A DNA stretch of 64,000 nucleotides from a virus (IMGVR_UViG_3300021959_004274:28188-92187), one strand, 5' to 3'; positions 46,214 to 56,461 are shown, numbered from the stretch's first letter. Numbers and translations: made by a program. Notes: a model not told the origin generated them from the sequence alone.

Positions 46214-47353
46214 TTAAGTTGCTTTAATGATGATTAAGTTTTCGTTGAAACGACCGTTGACTGCTGTGCCTGTAGTTTTTAAATTATCAAACAATTTACG
46301 ACTATCTGGTTTGCCTGCCATACGCAACTCTTTTAAAAATTCTTGTGGCTTACGCAAGGTTTTTTGACTTGACTTGTTAGTGTCAAAGCCTAGGATACTT
46401 GTGCCTTTGACTGCAAACACTTTGGCGTATTCGTCAGCAACATAGTATTGTAGTTTACGATTTTTAACATTGTATACCCAAAGCTCACTTGCTTTAAGTA
46501 TTCTTGTTGGTTCAACAGTTTCTAATTTAAGCTCATCATATCTACGTAGGTGTTTTAATTTAGAAACTTGCTTCTCAGGACTTACAGGTTTTTTACGTCT
46601 AACGCCAGTCTTGGCCTTCTTACTCTGATGATATGCGTCTAATTCTGCTATAATCGCTGTACAGTACGAGATCATGTTCTTCTGCTGGGTCTTAGTATAA
46701 CAAGCATAGCCCTCGCTTAAATCAGCGTCTATGTCGGCTATAGCCTCCTCTAATTCTTTTTTCTGTCTAATCCACATATCTTTTATTATAGAAACGTGCT
46801 GTGCCAGAATATTATAACTGGCTAATATCTGTCTAATACCTTCAGGCTTTTCACTGGCTTTAATGGTACCTTCAAGATACTTGTCCCATATCTCGTCAAT
46901 TTCACCAGCGGCGTCATGTGCTTTGCCAATCATAATTTCTTGTATGTTTGGTCTATTGGGTTTTTCTTTTTCTGCGTCATCGTCAGCATCAGCTGATCGT
47001 TGACTGTTTACTATTGCGGCATGACTGGCCTTTAAGATGTGTTCTTTTTCGTGGTCTGTTAGTTCAAGGCCAACCATAGACATTCTTGAATACCATCCAC
47101 TGGTTATTGGTGTCCAAACGTCTTTAATTTTGCTAATAGATTTGGCTAAATCTTTATGCTTATTAAGCTCAAGCCATTCTACTAACCATTTCTTAGCTGT
47201 TTTTTTGTCTTGTGTGTAATTATACCAATAGGTTCTGCTACTGAGCTCAATATTTCTATTCTCAGGAGTGGGTTGAGCATCAAATAATCTTTCTTCGCCA
47301 TAATGCTTTTTATCTTCTATAGATACTTTTGCTTTCTTAATGGCTGTGTTCAA
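46214..47353 (-). CDS. Hypothetical early protein
   Basis: Long ORF in operon under sigma70 promoter. Confidence 0.75.
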   Translation of the reverse strand: MNTAIKKAKVSIEDKKHYGEERLFDAQPTPENRNIELSSRTYWYNYTQDKKTAKKWLVEWLELNKHKDLAKSISKIKDVWTPITSGWYSRMSMVGLELTDHEKEHILKASHAAIVNSQRSADADDDAEKEKPNRPNIQEIMIGKAHDAAGEIDEIWDKYLEGTIKASEKPEGIRQILASYNILAQHVSIIKDMWIRQKKELEEAIADIDADLSEGYACYTKTQQKNMISYCTAIIAELDAYHQSKKAKTGVRRKKPVSPEKQVSKLKHLRRYDELKLETVEPTRILKASELWVYNVKNRKLQYYVADEYAKVFAVKGTSILGFDTNKSSQKTLRKPQEFLKELRMAGKPDSRKLFDNLKTTGTAVNGRFNENLIIIKAT

Positions 47354-47613
47354 AGTAATGCTCCCATGGTTATCATTTTGTTAATGTCATTTATCATAAT
47401 ATTTGTTTCATCTAATTTTTCTAAAAAACGCTTGGTAGGTTTGTGTTGTCTACGGCATTCAATTTCTTCTATACTTAATTCAGTTATTAGTATATCTGCA
47501 TTTTTTAACATTATATATAAGTCTTCTCGAATTTTATAGTCAAAACCGTTGATTTTTTGTTCTAACTGCTGTCTTAGACGTTGCCAGTCCAACGATGATT
47601 GTATTTTATCCAT
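47350..47613 (-). CDS. Hypothetical coiled-coil protein
   Basis: ORF downstream of promoter. Confidence 0.65.
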   Translation of the reverse strand: MDKIQSSLDWQRLRQQLEQKINGFDYKIREDLYIMLKNADILITELSIEEIECRRQHKPTKRFLEKLDETNIMINDINKMITMGALL

Positions 47614-47641
47614 CTTGTTAGTGTATACTAAAATTTCTTAT

Positions 47642-47670
47642 ATTATAATACTTTTTGGATTTATTGTCAA
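47642..47670 (-). promoter_or_regulatory. sigma70 promoter TTGACA-17-TATAAT
   Basis: Perfect consensus; back-to-back with + strand GATAAATA at 47684-47691. Confidence 0.85.
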
Positions 47671-47711
47671 GGTGCTAAAAGACGATAAATAATACAAAAT
47701 AGGAAACAGAA

Positions 47712-48836
47712 ATGCCAAAATTAAGTCTGTATAGACCAAATAAAACAAATGATTACAAGTTCTTAGATAACACAATCAGAGAAATGTATACTGTTGGTGG
47801 ACTAGATTTGTATGTACACAAATACCTTGGTCCTAAAACTGTAGGTGATTCAGCAACTAGAGACAATGAAGATGCTACTAGACCGTTATATGATGAATCT
47901 AATCCACTGTTTATTGAAGATCTATTGTTTTTAGAAAATAGAGATCGTGAATATGATGATAGCATATACATCATGCGTGGCGTATATAATGCACAGGATA
48001 TTGATTTTGATCTTACACAGTTTGGTTTATTCTTAAACGGCGACACAGTATTTGTAACATTCCATTACAACGATATGGTTGACACCTTAGGTCGTAAACT
48101 TATGGCTGGCGACGTACTTGAGTTTCCTAACTTAAAAGATTATCATCCCTTAGACACATCGGGTCCTAAAGCACTACCACGATATTATGTAGTACAAGAT
48201 GCAAGTTTTGCATCTGAAGGTTTTTCACAAACTTGGCTACCACACTTATGGCGTGTTAAATTAACACCACTTACAGCAAGTCAAGAATACAATGATATTC
48301 TTAACAAGCCAATGGATCCAGACAATCCAAGTGCAGGTACCATTGAAGACTTTGTAAGTCAGAAGAAGAAAAATATTGAAATCAATGATGCTATTCTACA
48401 ACAAGCAGAAGCAGAAGTACCACAAAGTGGTTATGATAATTCAGGTTTTTATGTAGTTGGCACTAACGAAACTGACGAATCAGATGTTGATGCTACACCT
48501 AAAGCAGATGGTTACCTAGTAGGTTACTTAACAGGTAATAACATTCCGCCTAATGCACAATCAGTAACATCGGGTGTTGCGTTTCCTAGTAACCCAGACA
48601 CAGGTGATTACGCATTAAGACTAGACTACTTCCCTAATAGATTATTCCGTTATGATGGAGTGCGTTGGGTTAAAGTTGAAGATGGCGTTAGAACTGATCT
48701 TACTCCTGGTAGCGATAATAAAACACAGCGTAGTGGATTTGTTAATAACTCACAAAATATTACAACAACAGACAGAGGCACAGTTCCAAGTCGTCAATCA
48801 CTATCAGACTTGCTCAAGCCTACAAAGGATAACTAA
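47712..48836 (+). CDS. gp14: Neck/head-closure protein
   Basis: DLLFLEN, LTQFGLF, GDVLEFP; precedes gp15. Confidence 0.7.
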   Translation: MPKLSLYRPNKTNDYKFLDNTIREMYTVGGLDLYVHKYLGPKTVGDSATRDNEDATRPLYDESNPLFIEDLLFLENRDREYDDSIYIMRGVYNAQDIDFDLTQFGLFLNGDTVFVTFHYNDMVDTLGRKLMAGDVLEFPNLKDYHPLDTSGPKALPRYYVVQDASFASEGFSQTWLPHLWRVKLTPLTASQEYNDILNKPMDPDNPSAGTIEDFVSQKKKNIEINDAILQQAEAEVPQSGYDNSGFYVVGTNETDESDVDATPKADGYLVGYLTGNNIPPNAQSVTSGVAFPSNPDTGDYALRLDYFPNRLFRYDGVRWVKVEDGVRTDLTPGSDNKTQRSGFVNNSQNITTTDRGTVPSRQSLSDLLKPTKDN

Positions 48837-50215
48837 TGGCATTACAGAGTTTCTTTTATGATGAACAGATAAGAAGATTCTTATTACAATTTACAAGAAT
48901 CTTTAGTAACTTTCAAGTTGAGTATGGTCGAGATGAGTCAGGTGCACCTACTTATGCCAGAATACCTGTGCGTTATGGTGATGCTAGTAAACAGGCTAGT
49001 GTTATTATGTCTGATAACTCAGCAAATAAAATGCCTAATACACCAATGATGACATTCTATATTACAGCAATGGATTATGCTAGAGATAGAATGCAAGATC
49101 CCACTTTTGTAGATAAAAAAGTATTTAGACAGCGTACCTGGGATGACACCACACAAACATACGAACAAACACAGGGTAATGCGTTTACAGTAGAACGTAT
49201 TATGCCAGTACCATATAACCTAACAATTAATTTAGATATATGGACATCAAATACAACAATGAAACTACAAGTACTTGAACAAGTATTAACATTGTTTAAT
49301 CCAAGTTTAGAAATACAATCAACAGACAATTATATTGATTGGACATCATTATCAGTGGTTGAACTAACAGGCACTAACTGGAGTTCACGTTCAATACCAA
49401 TGAATACAGAAACTGCTATTGATATTACTACACTAACATTTAGTTTACCAATTTGGATTAGTCCTCCTGCTAGAGTTACTAAAATGGGTGTGGTTCATAA
49501 AATTATTGCATCAGTATTTGACTCTAACGGCGATGCCAGAGAGGCGTTAGTTAACGATGATTTACTATTAGGTACACGTCAAAAAATTACACCATTTGGG
49601 TATCAAGTTGTGCTAGTAAACAACCAATTACAGTTGCTTAAACACAATGATATTGAAGCCAACGAAGATACGCTAAACCCTGCCGAAATACAAACATCCA
49701 CAGCAGATTGGCCTAGTCTGGTTGATGTATATGGTGAACTACGTGCTGGTATTAGTCAAATTAGACTAACAATACCTGGTACAGAATCAGAAGTTGTAGG
49801 TACTGTAGCTTTCCATCCAAGTGATGATAGTATTTTATTATTCACTATTGACGCAGATACAACACCAACTAATACACTAACAGCAGTTACAGCAGTTATT
49901 GACCCACTCACAAGTGGTCCAGGTGCAGGACTTGCCGCGGCAGTAAGTGGACAACGTTATCTATTATTAGAAGCAATAGGTGATGCAACCAATACAGATG
50001 CTTCAGATGCCTGGGGTGATATTGTTGCTTCAGCCAACGACATCATTGAATATGATGGTTCAAATTGGGCAGTTTCTTTCGACGCCAGTGCTAACAACAC
50101 TAAACAATATGTAAGCAATTTAACAACGAGTATTCAATATAAATGGGATGGCACTAGTTGGACTAAAAGCTATCAAGGTTTATATCCGGGCGGCGAATGG
50201 AGTCTAGTACTATAA
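48836..50215 (+). CDS. gp15: Tail terminator / sheath stabiliser with C-terminal extension
   Basis: FFYDEQIRR, IPVRYG, PVPYNL, EQVLTLFNP. Confidence 0.85.
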   Translation: MALQSFFYDEQIRRFLLQFTRIFSNFQVEYGRDESGAPTYARIPVRYGDASKQASVIMSDNSANKMPNTPMMTFYITAMDYARDRMQDPTFVDKKVFRQRTWDDTTQTYEQTQGNAFTVERIMPVPYNLTINLDIWTSNTTMKLQVLEQVLTLFNPSLEIQSTDNYIDWTSLSVVELTGTNWSSRSIPMNTETAIDITTLTFSLPIWISPPARVTKMGVVHKIIASVFDSNGDAREALVNDDLLLGTRQKITPFGYQVVLVNNQLQLLKHNDIEANEDTLNPAEIQTSTADWPSLVDVYGELRAGISQIRLTIPGTESEVVGTVAFHPSDDSILLFTIDADTTPTNTLTAVTAVIDPLTSGPGAGLAAAVSGQRYLLLEAIGDATNTDASDAWGDIVASANDIIEYDGSNWAVSFDASANNTKQYVSNLTTSIQYKWDGTSWTKSYQGLYPGGEWSLVL

Positions 50216-50628
50216 ATGCTGTAGGCATTTGGCTTTACAGTAAATCAACAAACAGATATCTTTATCTACTAAGAAATGATCCTAAGCATCCAGGCACTTG
50301 GGGACTTCCTGGTGGCAAAGTAGAATCTGGTGAAAGCCTATTAGATGCTATTCAACGTGAGTGTCAAGAAGAACTTGGCAGTTATCCTGCTGTTGTTAAA
50401 CTAATACCTATAGAACATTTTACATCACCAGACAACAAGTTTGTCTATCATACATTCTTTGGATTATTAGAAGAAGAATTTATTCCTACCTTAAACAATG
50501 AACATTATGGTTATACTTGGATAACCTCAGGTGAAATACCTAAGCCTTTACATCCAGGTTTCTTTGCTACTATTAATGTTGATGAAATTCAGAGTAAAGT
50601 TAAAACTATCGAGTCTGGTCTAACTTAA
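50197..50628 (+). CDS. NUDIX hydrolase
   Basis: PGGKVESGESLLDAIQRECQEELG. Confidence 0.9.
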   Translation: MESSTINAVGIWLYSKSTNRYLYLLRNDPKHPGTWGLPGGKVESGESLLDAIQRECQEELGSYPAVVKLIPIEHFTSPDNKFVYHTFFGLLEEEFIPTLNNEHYGYTWITSGEIPKPLHPGFFATINVDEIQSKVKTIESGLT

Positions 50629-50632
50629 CTTA

Positions 50633-51655
50633 TTATAGGCCCCACTTGTTGCTCAAGTAGTTCTCGATGTTCTGTATCTCTGCGGAGGTCAATGCCTTCT
50701 TGAACAGTATGGCCTCCGCTATGTAGCCTTCCATACCTTTTACTCCGCCGCCGTTCTCGTTGCCTAGGTCAAATGTTGTCTGTGATGCGTTGGTTGTTGC
50801 ACCAACTGTGCCTGTGAATGATAATGTTTTAGCAGTCTTGTCTTTTCTATACGCCAATCTTGCGGCATTGCCAGTCTGACTACCGTCAAATGCCAATGTG
50901 TGTATAGCCCAATTAGTGTTGGCTTCACTGGCTACTGTGGCTGTTACTCCTTCCATACCCACTGTCATAGCCGTGCCGTCAGCAAACATTTTTAGGTCAC
51001 CGCTGTTAGTGTCTGTCAGGTGCTTGATGCCCGTGGTGTCGACAAACTTGCTGACTATAAACATAGTAAATCCTGGTTGGCTTTGTAAATCTGTAAATGG
51101 GTTAATAGTCAAGTGATCATTACCGTCAAACTCTAGATAGCCATAGCCGTTCAATGGAACAGTATTTTCATAACTTGGACGTCTGGTTGCACCACCGCTT
51201 GGGTTAGCGTTGTGTGCCAATACAGACTTGTCAGTCCATTGTGTTATGTCTTGTTCATCTGTCGCACTTGGAACAAATTGATCAGTGTCAGCACCGTCAT
51301 ACCAGAACTGCAAGGTTACAAATGTTGTTGGAGCAACCGCTTCTTCAGGGTTTTCTACTGGATCTGGCAACACGCCCAATGGGGCTGATCCCCATGGTCT
51401 TCCTAAGGTTAACACTCCGCCGTCCACTGTGTTGTCAACAACTGTGTTGCTGGAATACTTGGTTGGTAGGAGGTTGATGTTCTCGACATTCAATTGTCTA
51501 TAATAGTTTTGTGTGCTGTCCAGGCTACCCGTGATGGAGTAGGAACCAGCACTGGCAGTAACTGTTTTGCCTTGGCGTTTAGCTTCAGCGATCTCTAGTT
51601 TCTGCTCTTGCTTGAGTTGTTTTGTTGATTGTGTTGATATTCCGTTAAGTGCCAT
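50633..51655 (-). CDS. LamG/concanavalin-like virion protein
   Basis: WYDGAD, WTDKS, FDGND, GYIAEAILF..ALT..IENYLSNKWG. Confidence 0.75.
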   Translation of the reverse strand: MALNGISTQSTKQLKQEQKLEIAEAKRQGKTVTASAGSYSITGSLDSTQNYYRQLNVENINLLPTKYSSNTVVDNTVDGGVLTLGRPWGSAPLGVLPDPVENPEEAVAPTTFVTLQFWYDGADTDQFVPSATDEQDITQWTDKSVLAHNANPSGGATRRPSYENTVPLNGYGYLEFDGNDHLTINPFTDLQSQPGFTMFIVSKFVDTTGIKHLTDTNSGDLKMFADGTAMTVGMEGVTATVASEANTNWAIHTLAFDGSQTGNAARLAYRKDKTAKTLSFTGTVGATTNASQTTFDLGNENGGGVKGMEGYIAEAILFKKALTSAEIQNIENYLSNKWGL

Positions 51656-51679
51656 ATAACTATTTATCAAGTTATATGA

Positions 51680-52399
51680 TTATATGTCGCAGTAGCTGAT
51701 CCACTCTTGATATGTCATGCGATGGAAGTTTGGCCTATTGTGCCATTCTTCATAGGTGCGTTGTCCTGTGTTAACATGATAAAAGTCAACACCTGGATAT
51801 GTTTCCATAAGTTCTAGCATCTGTTGACGCATCTTATGATCTTCTACTGTGTTATGTTTGTTGGGATCGTCTTCTGAAATGTAGATATTGTTGTTATACC
51901 CTTCACAAAACTGTCCATCAAATCCTAGTAAAAATATTTCTTTGTGTCCATCAAAGCAGGCTAACCACGCCGCTACAACAGCAGTACGACCTTTCATTGA
52001 TTGTGGTACTAAAAAGAATTCACCTGGATGTTCAATACACTTTCTAGCTGATGTATACACTGTAGCACGTTCTGTGTATTTAGAATCAATACACTCTTGT
52101 AGTTTACGTTCATCAAATGTAATAAAAAAGTCTACCTGCATTTCGTTATGCAGTTCACCGGTACCATATGTTTGAAGTTTTTTACGACCTAGTAATCCAC
52201 CTCTGTGACGTTCTAGTTTTTTGATTGGAAATGTTGAGCGTGATTCACCACTGGCTATAACTGCGGCACGACCTGAGATGTGTTGATTTTCAATAGGATT
52301 GTCAACCCATTCTTTTTCACTAACACGTTTTCCATCTTTAATTTTTGTATTAAGAATAACGTATTCACCATCATAGTCTTTGCGGTATATTTCTTCCAT
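51680..52399 (-). CDS. DUF115/Maf-like (glycosyltransferase-related) protein
   Basis: VIASGES, KEIFLLGFD. Confidence 0.5.
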   Translation of the reverse strand: MEEIYRKDYDGEYVILNTKIKDGKRVSEKEWVDNPIENQHISGRAAVIASGESRSTFPIKKLERHRGGLLGRKKLQTYGTGELHNEMQVDFFITFDERKLQECIDSKYTERATVYTSARKCIEHPGEFFLVPQSMKGRTAVVAAWLACFDGHKEIFLLGFDGQFCEGYNNNIYISEDDPNKHNTVEDHKMRQQMLELMETYPGVDFYHVNTGQRTYEEWHNRPNFHRMTYQEWISYCDI

Positions 52400-52406
52400 T
52401 GTTATA

Positions 52407-52946
52407 TTATACTGCCCTCGCTAGAAATCCTGAAAGTCTTGTTGCGGAATTAGAATTACCATATATTCCAGTTGCTCCTCCTGTTTGATAAGCATACAAT
52501 TCCATATAATCAGTAGAACCATTTAAATAAACTAATATTGTCTGGCTTATAAATCCATCATCTAAACTTGCTGATGTATAAGCATCACCAAATTCTGTAA
52601 CTGCTGTTCCATTTTTAGATATTCTAACAAAGAAATTTTGTAAATTTCCACCAACGCCTCCATTCACAGCACCAGTAATAGAATAATATCCAGCAACTGT
52701 TGGAGTAAATTGATATGTTGATGTATTAAAACAACTAGCTGTATCAAAATCTTCTGATGATAAAGTTACTTTAGTCCATGTTGCAGATGAAATAGTTTGA
52801 TTAGAAGGTAAATAAGCACTAAACGCTGGTGCATCTGTTATGACCTGACCAACATCTGCATTACCTGTTGTAGTTAAGTTATTAGAACCTAAATCTACAG
52901 CACCACCAAATGTACTTGTGCCTGTGCCCTTGATTGTTGTTGCCAT
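52407..52946 (-). CDS. C1q-like receptor-binding tail fibre tip
   Basis: PAFSAY, FTPTVAGYY, YLNGSTDYMELY. Confidence 0.75.
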   Translation of the reverse strand: MATTIKGTGTSTFGGAVDLGSNNLTTTGNADVGQVITDAPAFSAYLPSNQTISSATWTKVTLSSEDFDTASCFNTSTYQFTPTVAGYYSITGAVNGGVGGNLQNFFVRISKNGTAVTEFGDAYTSASLDDGFISQTILVYLNGSTDYMELYAYQTGGATGIYGNSNSATRLSGFLARAV

Positions 52947-52947
52947 A

Positions 52948-53112
52948 TTATAATACTGTCCAAGTTGATCCATCACTGATAGTAATGGTTACACCATCAG
53001 CAATATCTACAGGACCTGCTGTGATAGCATTCTTGTTAATGCCTAAGGTGTAGTCAGTGTCTAATGTCACTGAGTTTTCTACAAATCCAACGCCGTTAAT
53101 TGTTATGCTCAT
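52948..53112 (-). CDS. 54-aa tail fibre adaptor peptide (not in ORF track)
   Basis: MSITINGVGFVENSVTLDTDYTLGINKNAITAGPVDIADGVTITISDGSTWTVL; GGAG RBS; paralog of C-terminus of 57667-57930. Confidence 0.75.
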   Translation of the reverse strand: MSITINGVGFVENSVTLDTDYTLGINKNAITAGPVDIADGVTITISDGSTWTVL

Positions 53113-53121
53113 ATGTTACTC

Positions 53122-54069
53122 CTAATTACCTTCTAGTGTTGCAACTCTTGCTTCTAATGCTTCTATCTTTGTGATAGCTTCTTGAAGTGCGGCTGTTAAT
53201 AATGGTACAAGTTTAGATTGGTCTATGCCTTGATAGTCAGGCACTTCTCTGGTTCCCATAACTGCTTCAGTCACTATATTACCATCATCGTCTAATACTG
53301 CTGGAGTAATTTCATACTCCTCTGTACGCATAGCATCTTTAGTTCCTGTCACTGCTTCAGGTACAACTGTCTGTGCTTCGTGTGCTAGGAATCCTTCACC
53401 ATGAGAACCATCTTGTGTCCATGACCATGTGCTTGGTTTAAGTTGTTTTAGTCTGTCTATGCTACCAGACATAGGTGCTACATTTTCTTTTAGACGATAG
53501 TCTGATGAGGTGTTATATGAAACTGCTGATGTTCCATTTTGTGCAATTTGTCCTATTATACTTCCGTTCCAAAAAAATCTTATGTATCCATATCCACTAC
53601 TAGCAGACGAAGGGTGTTTCACATCAACATAAGCCCCTGCTGTCATCCCTTGAAAATTTACTGTTGATTCTGCTGTATATCCTAAATTAAGATTTGAATA
53701 TTGGTCAATGGTCATAAGTGCATTACTGCCATAACCATTTCCCCAAAAATAAAATGCACCAGTGCCTTTAGTAGAAAGTGCTAAATTAATATTGGTATTT
53801 GTGCCAACTGTTTCTACCCTTCCAGTTCCACCACCACCTCTAATATTAATATAATCTGCTTGGTCAACCCCTAAAGAAGATATACCTGATACTGTTAGAG
53901 GACTTCCAGGACTACTTGTACCAACACCTACACGATTATTAGTAGCATCTACATGGAGTGTGCCTGAATCAATATCAACACTTCTGTCTGATTCTATAGT
54001 CAGTACATCACTTGCATTTAACTGAAGAGCTCCTGTGGTACTGGTAGGTGATTTGATACTAATAGTCAT
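53122..54069 (-). CDS. Tail fibre with peptidase S74 intramolecular chaperone
   Basis: NNRVGVGT repeat; SDYRLKEN, GFLAHE, DQSKLVPLL, coiled-coil end. Confidence 0.85.
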   Translation of the reverse strand: MTISIKSPTSTTGALQLNASDVLTIESDRSVDIDSGTLHVDATNNRVGVGTSSPGSPLTVSGISSLGVDQADYINIRGGGGTGRVETVGTNTNINLALSTKGTGAFYFWGNGYGSNALMTIDQYSNLNLGYTAESTVNFQGMTAGAYVDVKHPSSASSGYGYIRFFWNGSIIGQIAQNGTSAVSYNTSSDYRLKENVAPMSGSIDRLKQLKPSTWSWTQDGSHGEGFLAHEAQTVVPEAVTGTKDAMRTEEYEITPAVLDDDGNIVTEAVMGTREVPDYQGIDQSKLVPLLTAALQEAITKIEALEARVATLEGN

Positions 54070-54248
54070 TATGCTACTCCGTCAAGTTCTGCCTGTGTTG
54101 GTTGTGTTTCAGTAGGGTGATTCCATTCTTTGATGTAGTCACCTCGACCATCGCTATCATTTTGTAAAACGATTGTGCCTGTGTCAGGTGCAAAGTCGTC
54201 TGCTGTTAGGTTTGATCTTACTGCTAATATTTTATCGTATAGTGTCAT
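54069..54248 (-). CDS. XkdW-like tail fibre chaperone, 59 aa (not in ORF track)
   Basis: MTLYDKIL...LQNDSDGRGDYIKEWNHPTETQPTQAELDGVA. Confidence 0.75.
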   Translation of the reverse strand: MTLYDKILAVRSNLTADDFAPDTGTIVLQNDSDGRGDYIKEWNHPTETQPTQAELDGVA

Positions 54249-54258
54249 GTTTTTTCCC

Positions 54259-54867
54259 TTATGCTTGTTGTACTAAATAACCTTGAAATTTAGAACCGCT
54301 ATTAGATTGTCCCCAAAAGTAATCCACAAAACTACTTGTATGATTGCTTTGTACATATAATTCTACATAATCTGTAGAACCATTCATATAACACATAGTA
54401 GATATAGGTAATACTCCCCAGTTGCCAGTCACACCTAATCTTGATGCTCTACCTACTTCACTGCCATTTTTATATACAGCTACAAATATTGTATCTCCAG
54501 CAGTGCTACTATAATTTATTCTTATATGAGCTTGAAAATTATAATACCCAGCAACAGTTGGGGTAAAACGGTAGTTAGTTGCATTATCAAAACAATTAGC
54601 GGTATCAAATTCTTCTGTTCCTAATACAACTTTTGTCCAAGTGCTTGTAGAAAATGATTGGTCAACAGCCGCTTTTGCACTAAACGCTGGTGCATTGGTT
54701 GCTACATAACCATTACTATTAAATCGACCTACCTCTGTAGGATTATCAGCATTTCCTACACCAATCCTTAATGTACCATCAGGTGTAGCTGGTTGGTACA
54801 TAGTAAAGTTATTAGTACTTGTACTATCATAACCTATCTGAACTTTTTTTGATTTTATTGTACTCAT
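54259..54867 (-). CDS. C1q-like receptor-binding tail fibre tip
   Basis: PAFSA, FTPTVAGYY, YMNGSTDYVELY. Confidence 0.75.
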   Translation of the reverse strand: MSTIKSKKVQIGYDSTSTNNFTMYQPATPDGTLRIGVGNADNPTEVGRFNSNGYVATNAPAFSAKAAVDQSFSTSTWTKVVLGTEEFDTANCFDNATNYRFTPTVAGYYNFQAHIRINYSSTAGDTIFVAVYKNGSEVGRASRLGVTGNWGVLPISTMCYMNGSTDYVELYVQSNHTSSFVDYFWGQSNSGSKFQGYLVQQA

Positions 54868-55031
54868 TAATCTGCCTCTTCTGGTGTGTTACCTAGTGCT
54901 ACCCAAGCAAGATATTCTTGGTAGTCTGTGTTTGCTGGGTCTAGTGGGATAGATATTTTTGTATTATCTTCTTTTGTTAGTTCTATTGAACCAACATTTC
55001 CATAAGCATCATTTATTATTTTATATTGCAT
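54867..55031 (-). CDS. Tail fibre chaperone copy 3, 54 aa (not in ORF track)
   Basis: ...IPLDPANTDYQEYLAWVALGNTPEEAD. Confidence 0.8.
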   Translation of the reverse strand: MQYKIINDAYGNVGSIELTKEDNTKISIPLDPANTDYQEYLAWVALGNTPEEAD

Positions 55032-55033
55032 AT

Positions 55034-56278
55034 TTATAGTTCCGCACTAAAAGTTAATCTAGCACTAATTGTAGAATCAGCCGTTAATTGAATACATTTT
55101 CCACCACCCATACTAGCATTGGTTGCTGTTGTTGTATTAACAATTACTTTTGTATTATTTGAATCATTTGTAGCAATTGCCATAGCTGTAGCTTCTTGCC
55201 CTGTTACTCCAGGATAATGTAATCTCCAATCACCCACAGCACTATACCCAAGTGACGGAACGCTCCTCATAGTTTGTAATAAATGAATTAAAACATAAGT
55301 ATTCGTTGTGCTAAATGAAGTACCTTGCCCTACTGTTTCAGCTACATTGTTTCCACCAAAAGATTGAAAATACCTCTGACACCTAGCTAATTCCACGTCA
55401 TATGGTCTGTGTTCAAAGGGAGTAACGTTTTCACCTACTTCTAGTTGTACGCCTGTGATGTTGATGTAGTTAGAGGTAGAGTCTAAAAAATTAACTTGAT
55501 TGCTTGTAGAGGTTGCTGGAAAAGAGCTATTCCAAGTATTGTTTGTGCCTTGTCTATTTGCCGCATCAGCTAAAGGAAATGCTAATGCTAAACCTAGTCC
55601 ATTATCATTATCAATAACACCACCACTTGCTTGAATATTACTATCTGGAGTAATAGTAATTGTTTTCTTTTCCCATGTGTTTGCTGAATTAATAGTATAT
55701 TCTATTACATAGTCATATCTTGTTGCATCTATTTTTTGTGCCGCGACACAATAAGTTCCAGTCTTATTAGATTTAACCCAAAATGAAACTGTTATTTTTT
55801 TTGCATTTGATGTGCCATATTTTAGATGTTGAAGATGTTGACCTTCTATAAGATATGTTAAAATTCCAAATTCAGATGTTTCAATACTGGTATCTGCTGT
55901 TGTAACAGCAATTTTTAAAGATTTTGAAAATCCTTGTCCAGAAGGAGTATCTGTGTCTTGAGTTATAGCCACAACACCAGATATACCATTTTTTACATAT
56001 CTCCATCTATCTAAAGTAAAACCATTTGGGTCTGAAAATGAAGTTCCCCTTTGTGATATTTGCATATCACCATTGATGATAATGTTTCTAAATGAGGGTT
56101 GACTTGATAGGTAGTTGCCGCCCTGTACAGAAATATCACCTGCAAAACTAGCATTTTGATTAGTATCAAAAGTAACAGCAGTAGTGCCATTATTAGTCTG
56201 CAACTCTAGATTACCTGTGGTATCTGAAGTTTGTACTAAGCCGGTTGCTGTTGTTGTTCCTGATGATATTTTACTCAT
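55034..56278 (-). CDS. Tail fibre/RBP with NxIINGDM carbohydrate-binding-like domain, copy 3
   Basis: RNIIINGDMQISQRG...TGVQLEVG...FEHR..ELARCQRY. Confidence 0.8.
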   Translation of the reverse strand: MSKISSGTTTATGLVQTSDTTGNLELQTNNGTTAVTFDTNQNASFAGDISVQGGNYLSSQPSFRNIIINGDMQISQRGTSFSDPNGFTLDRWRYVKNGISGVVAITQDTDTPSGQGFSKSLKIAVTTADTSIETSEFGILTYLIEGQHLQHLKYGTSNAKKITVSFWVKSNKTGTYCVAAQKIDATRYDYVIEYTINSANTWEKKTITITPDSNIQASGGVIDNDNGLGLALAFPLADAANRQGTNNTWNSSFPATSTSNQVNFLDSTSNYINITGVQLEVGENVTPFEHRPYDVELARCQRYFQSFGGNNVAETVGQGTSFSTTNTYVLIHLLQTMRSVPSLGYSAVGDWRLHYPGVTGQEATAMAIATNDSNNTKVIVNTTTATNASMGGGKCIQLTADSTISARLTFSAEL

Positions 56279-56287
56279 GTGTTGTCC

Positions 56288-56461
56288 TTATTCGTCTGCC
56301 GGTTCTGGTGTGTTACCTAGTGCTACCCATTCTAAGTATTCTTGGTAGTCTGTGTTGTCTTGTGAAAATGGTATAAGCGTATATGTATCATCGCTAATTA
56401 TTTTTTTAACTTGATTTACTGTTTGTAATGCTTCATTTCTTACTAATTTATATGTAGCCAT
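56288..56461 (-). CDS. Tail fibre chaperone copy 2, 57 aa (not in ORF track)
   Basis: MATYKLV...NTDYQEYLEWVALGNTPEPADE. Confidence 0.8.
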   Translation of the reverse strand: MATYKLVRNEALQTVNQVKKIISDDTYTLIPFSQDNTDYQEYLEWVALGNTPEPADE

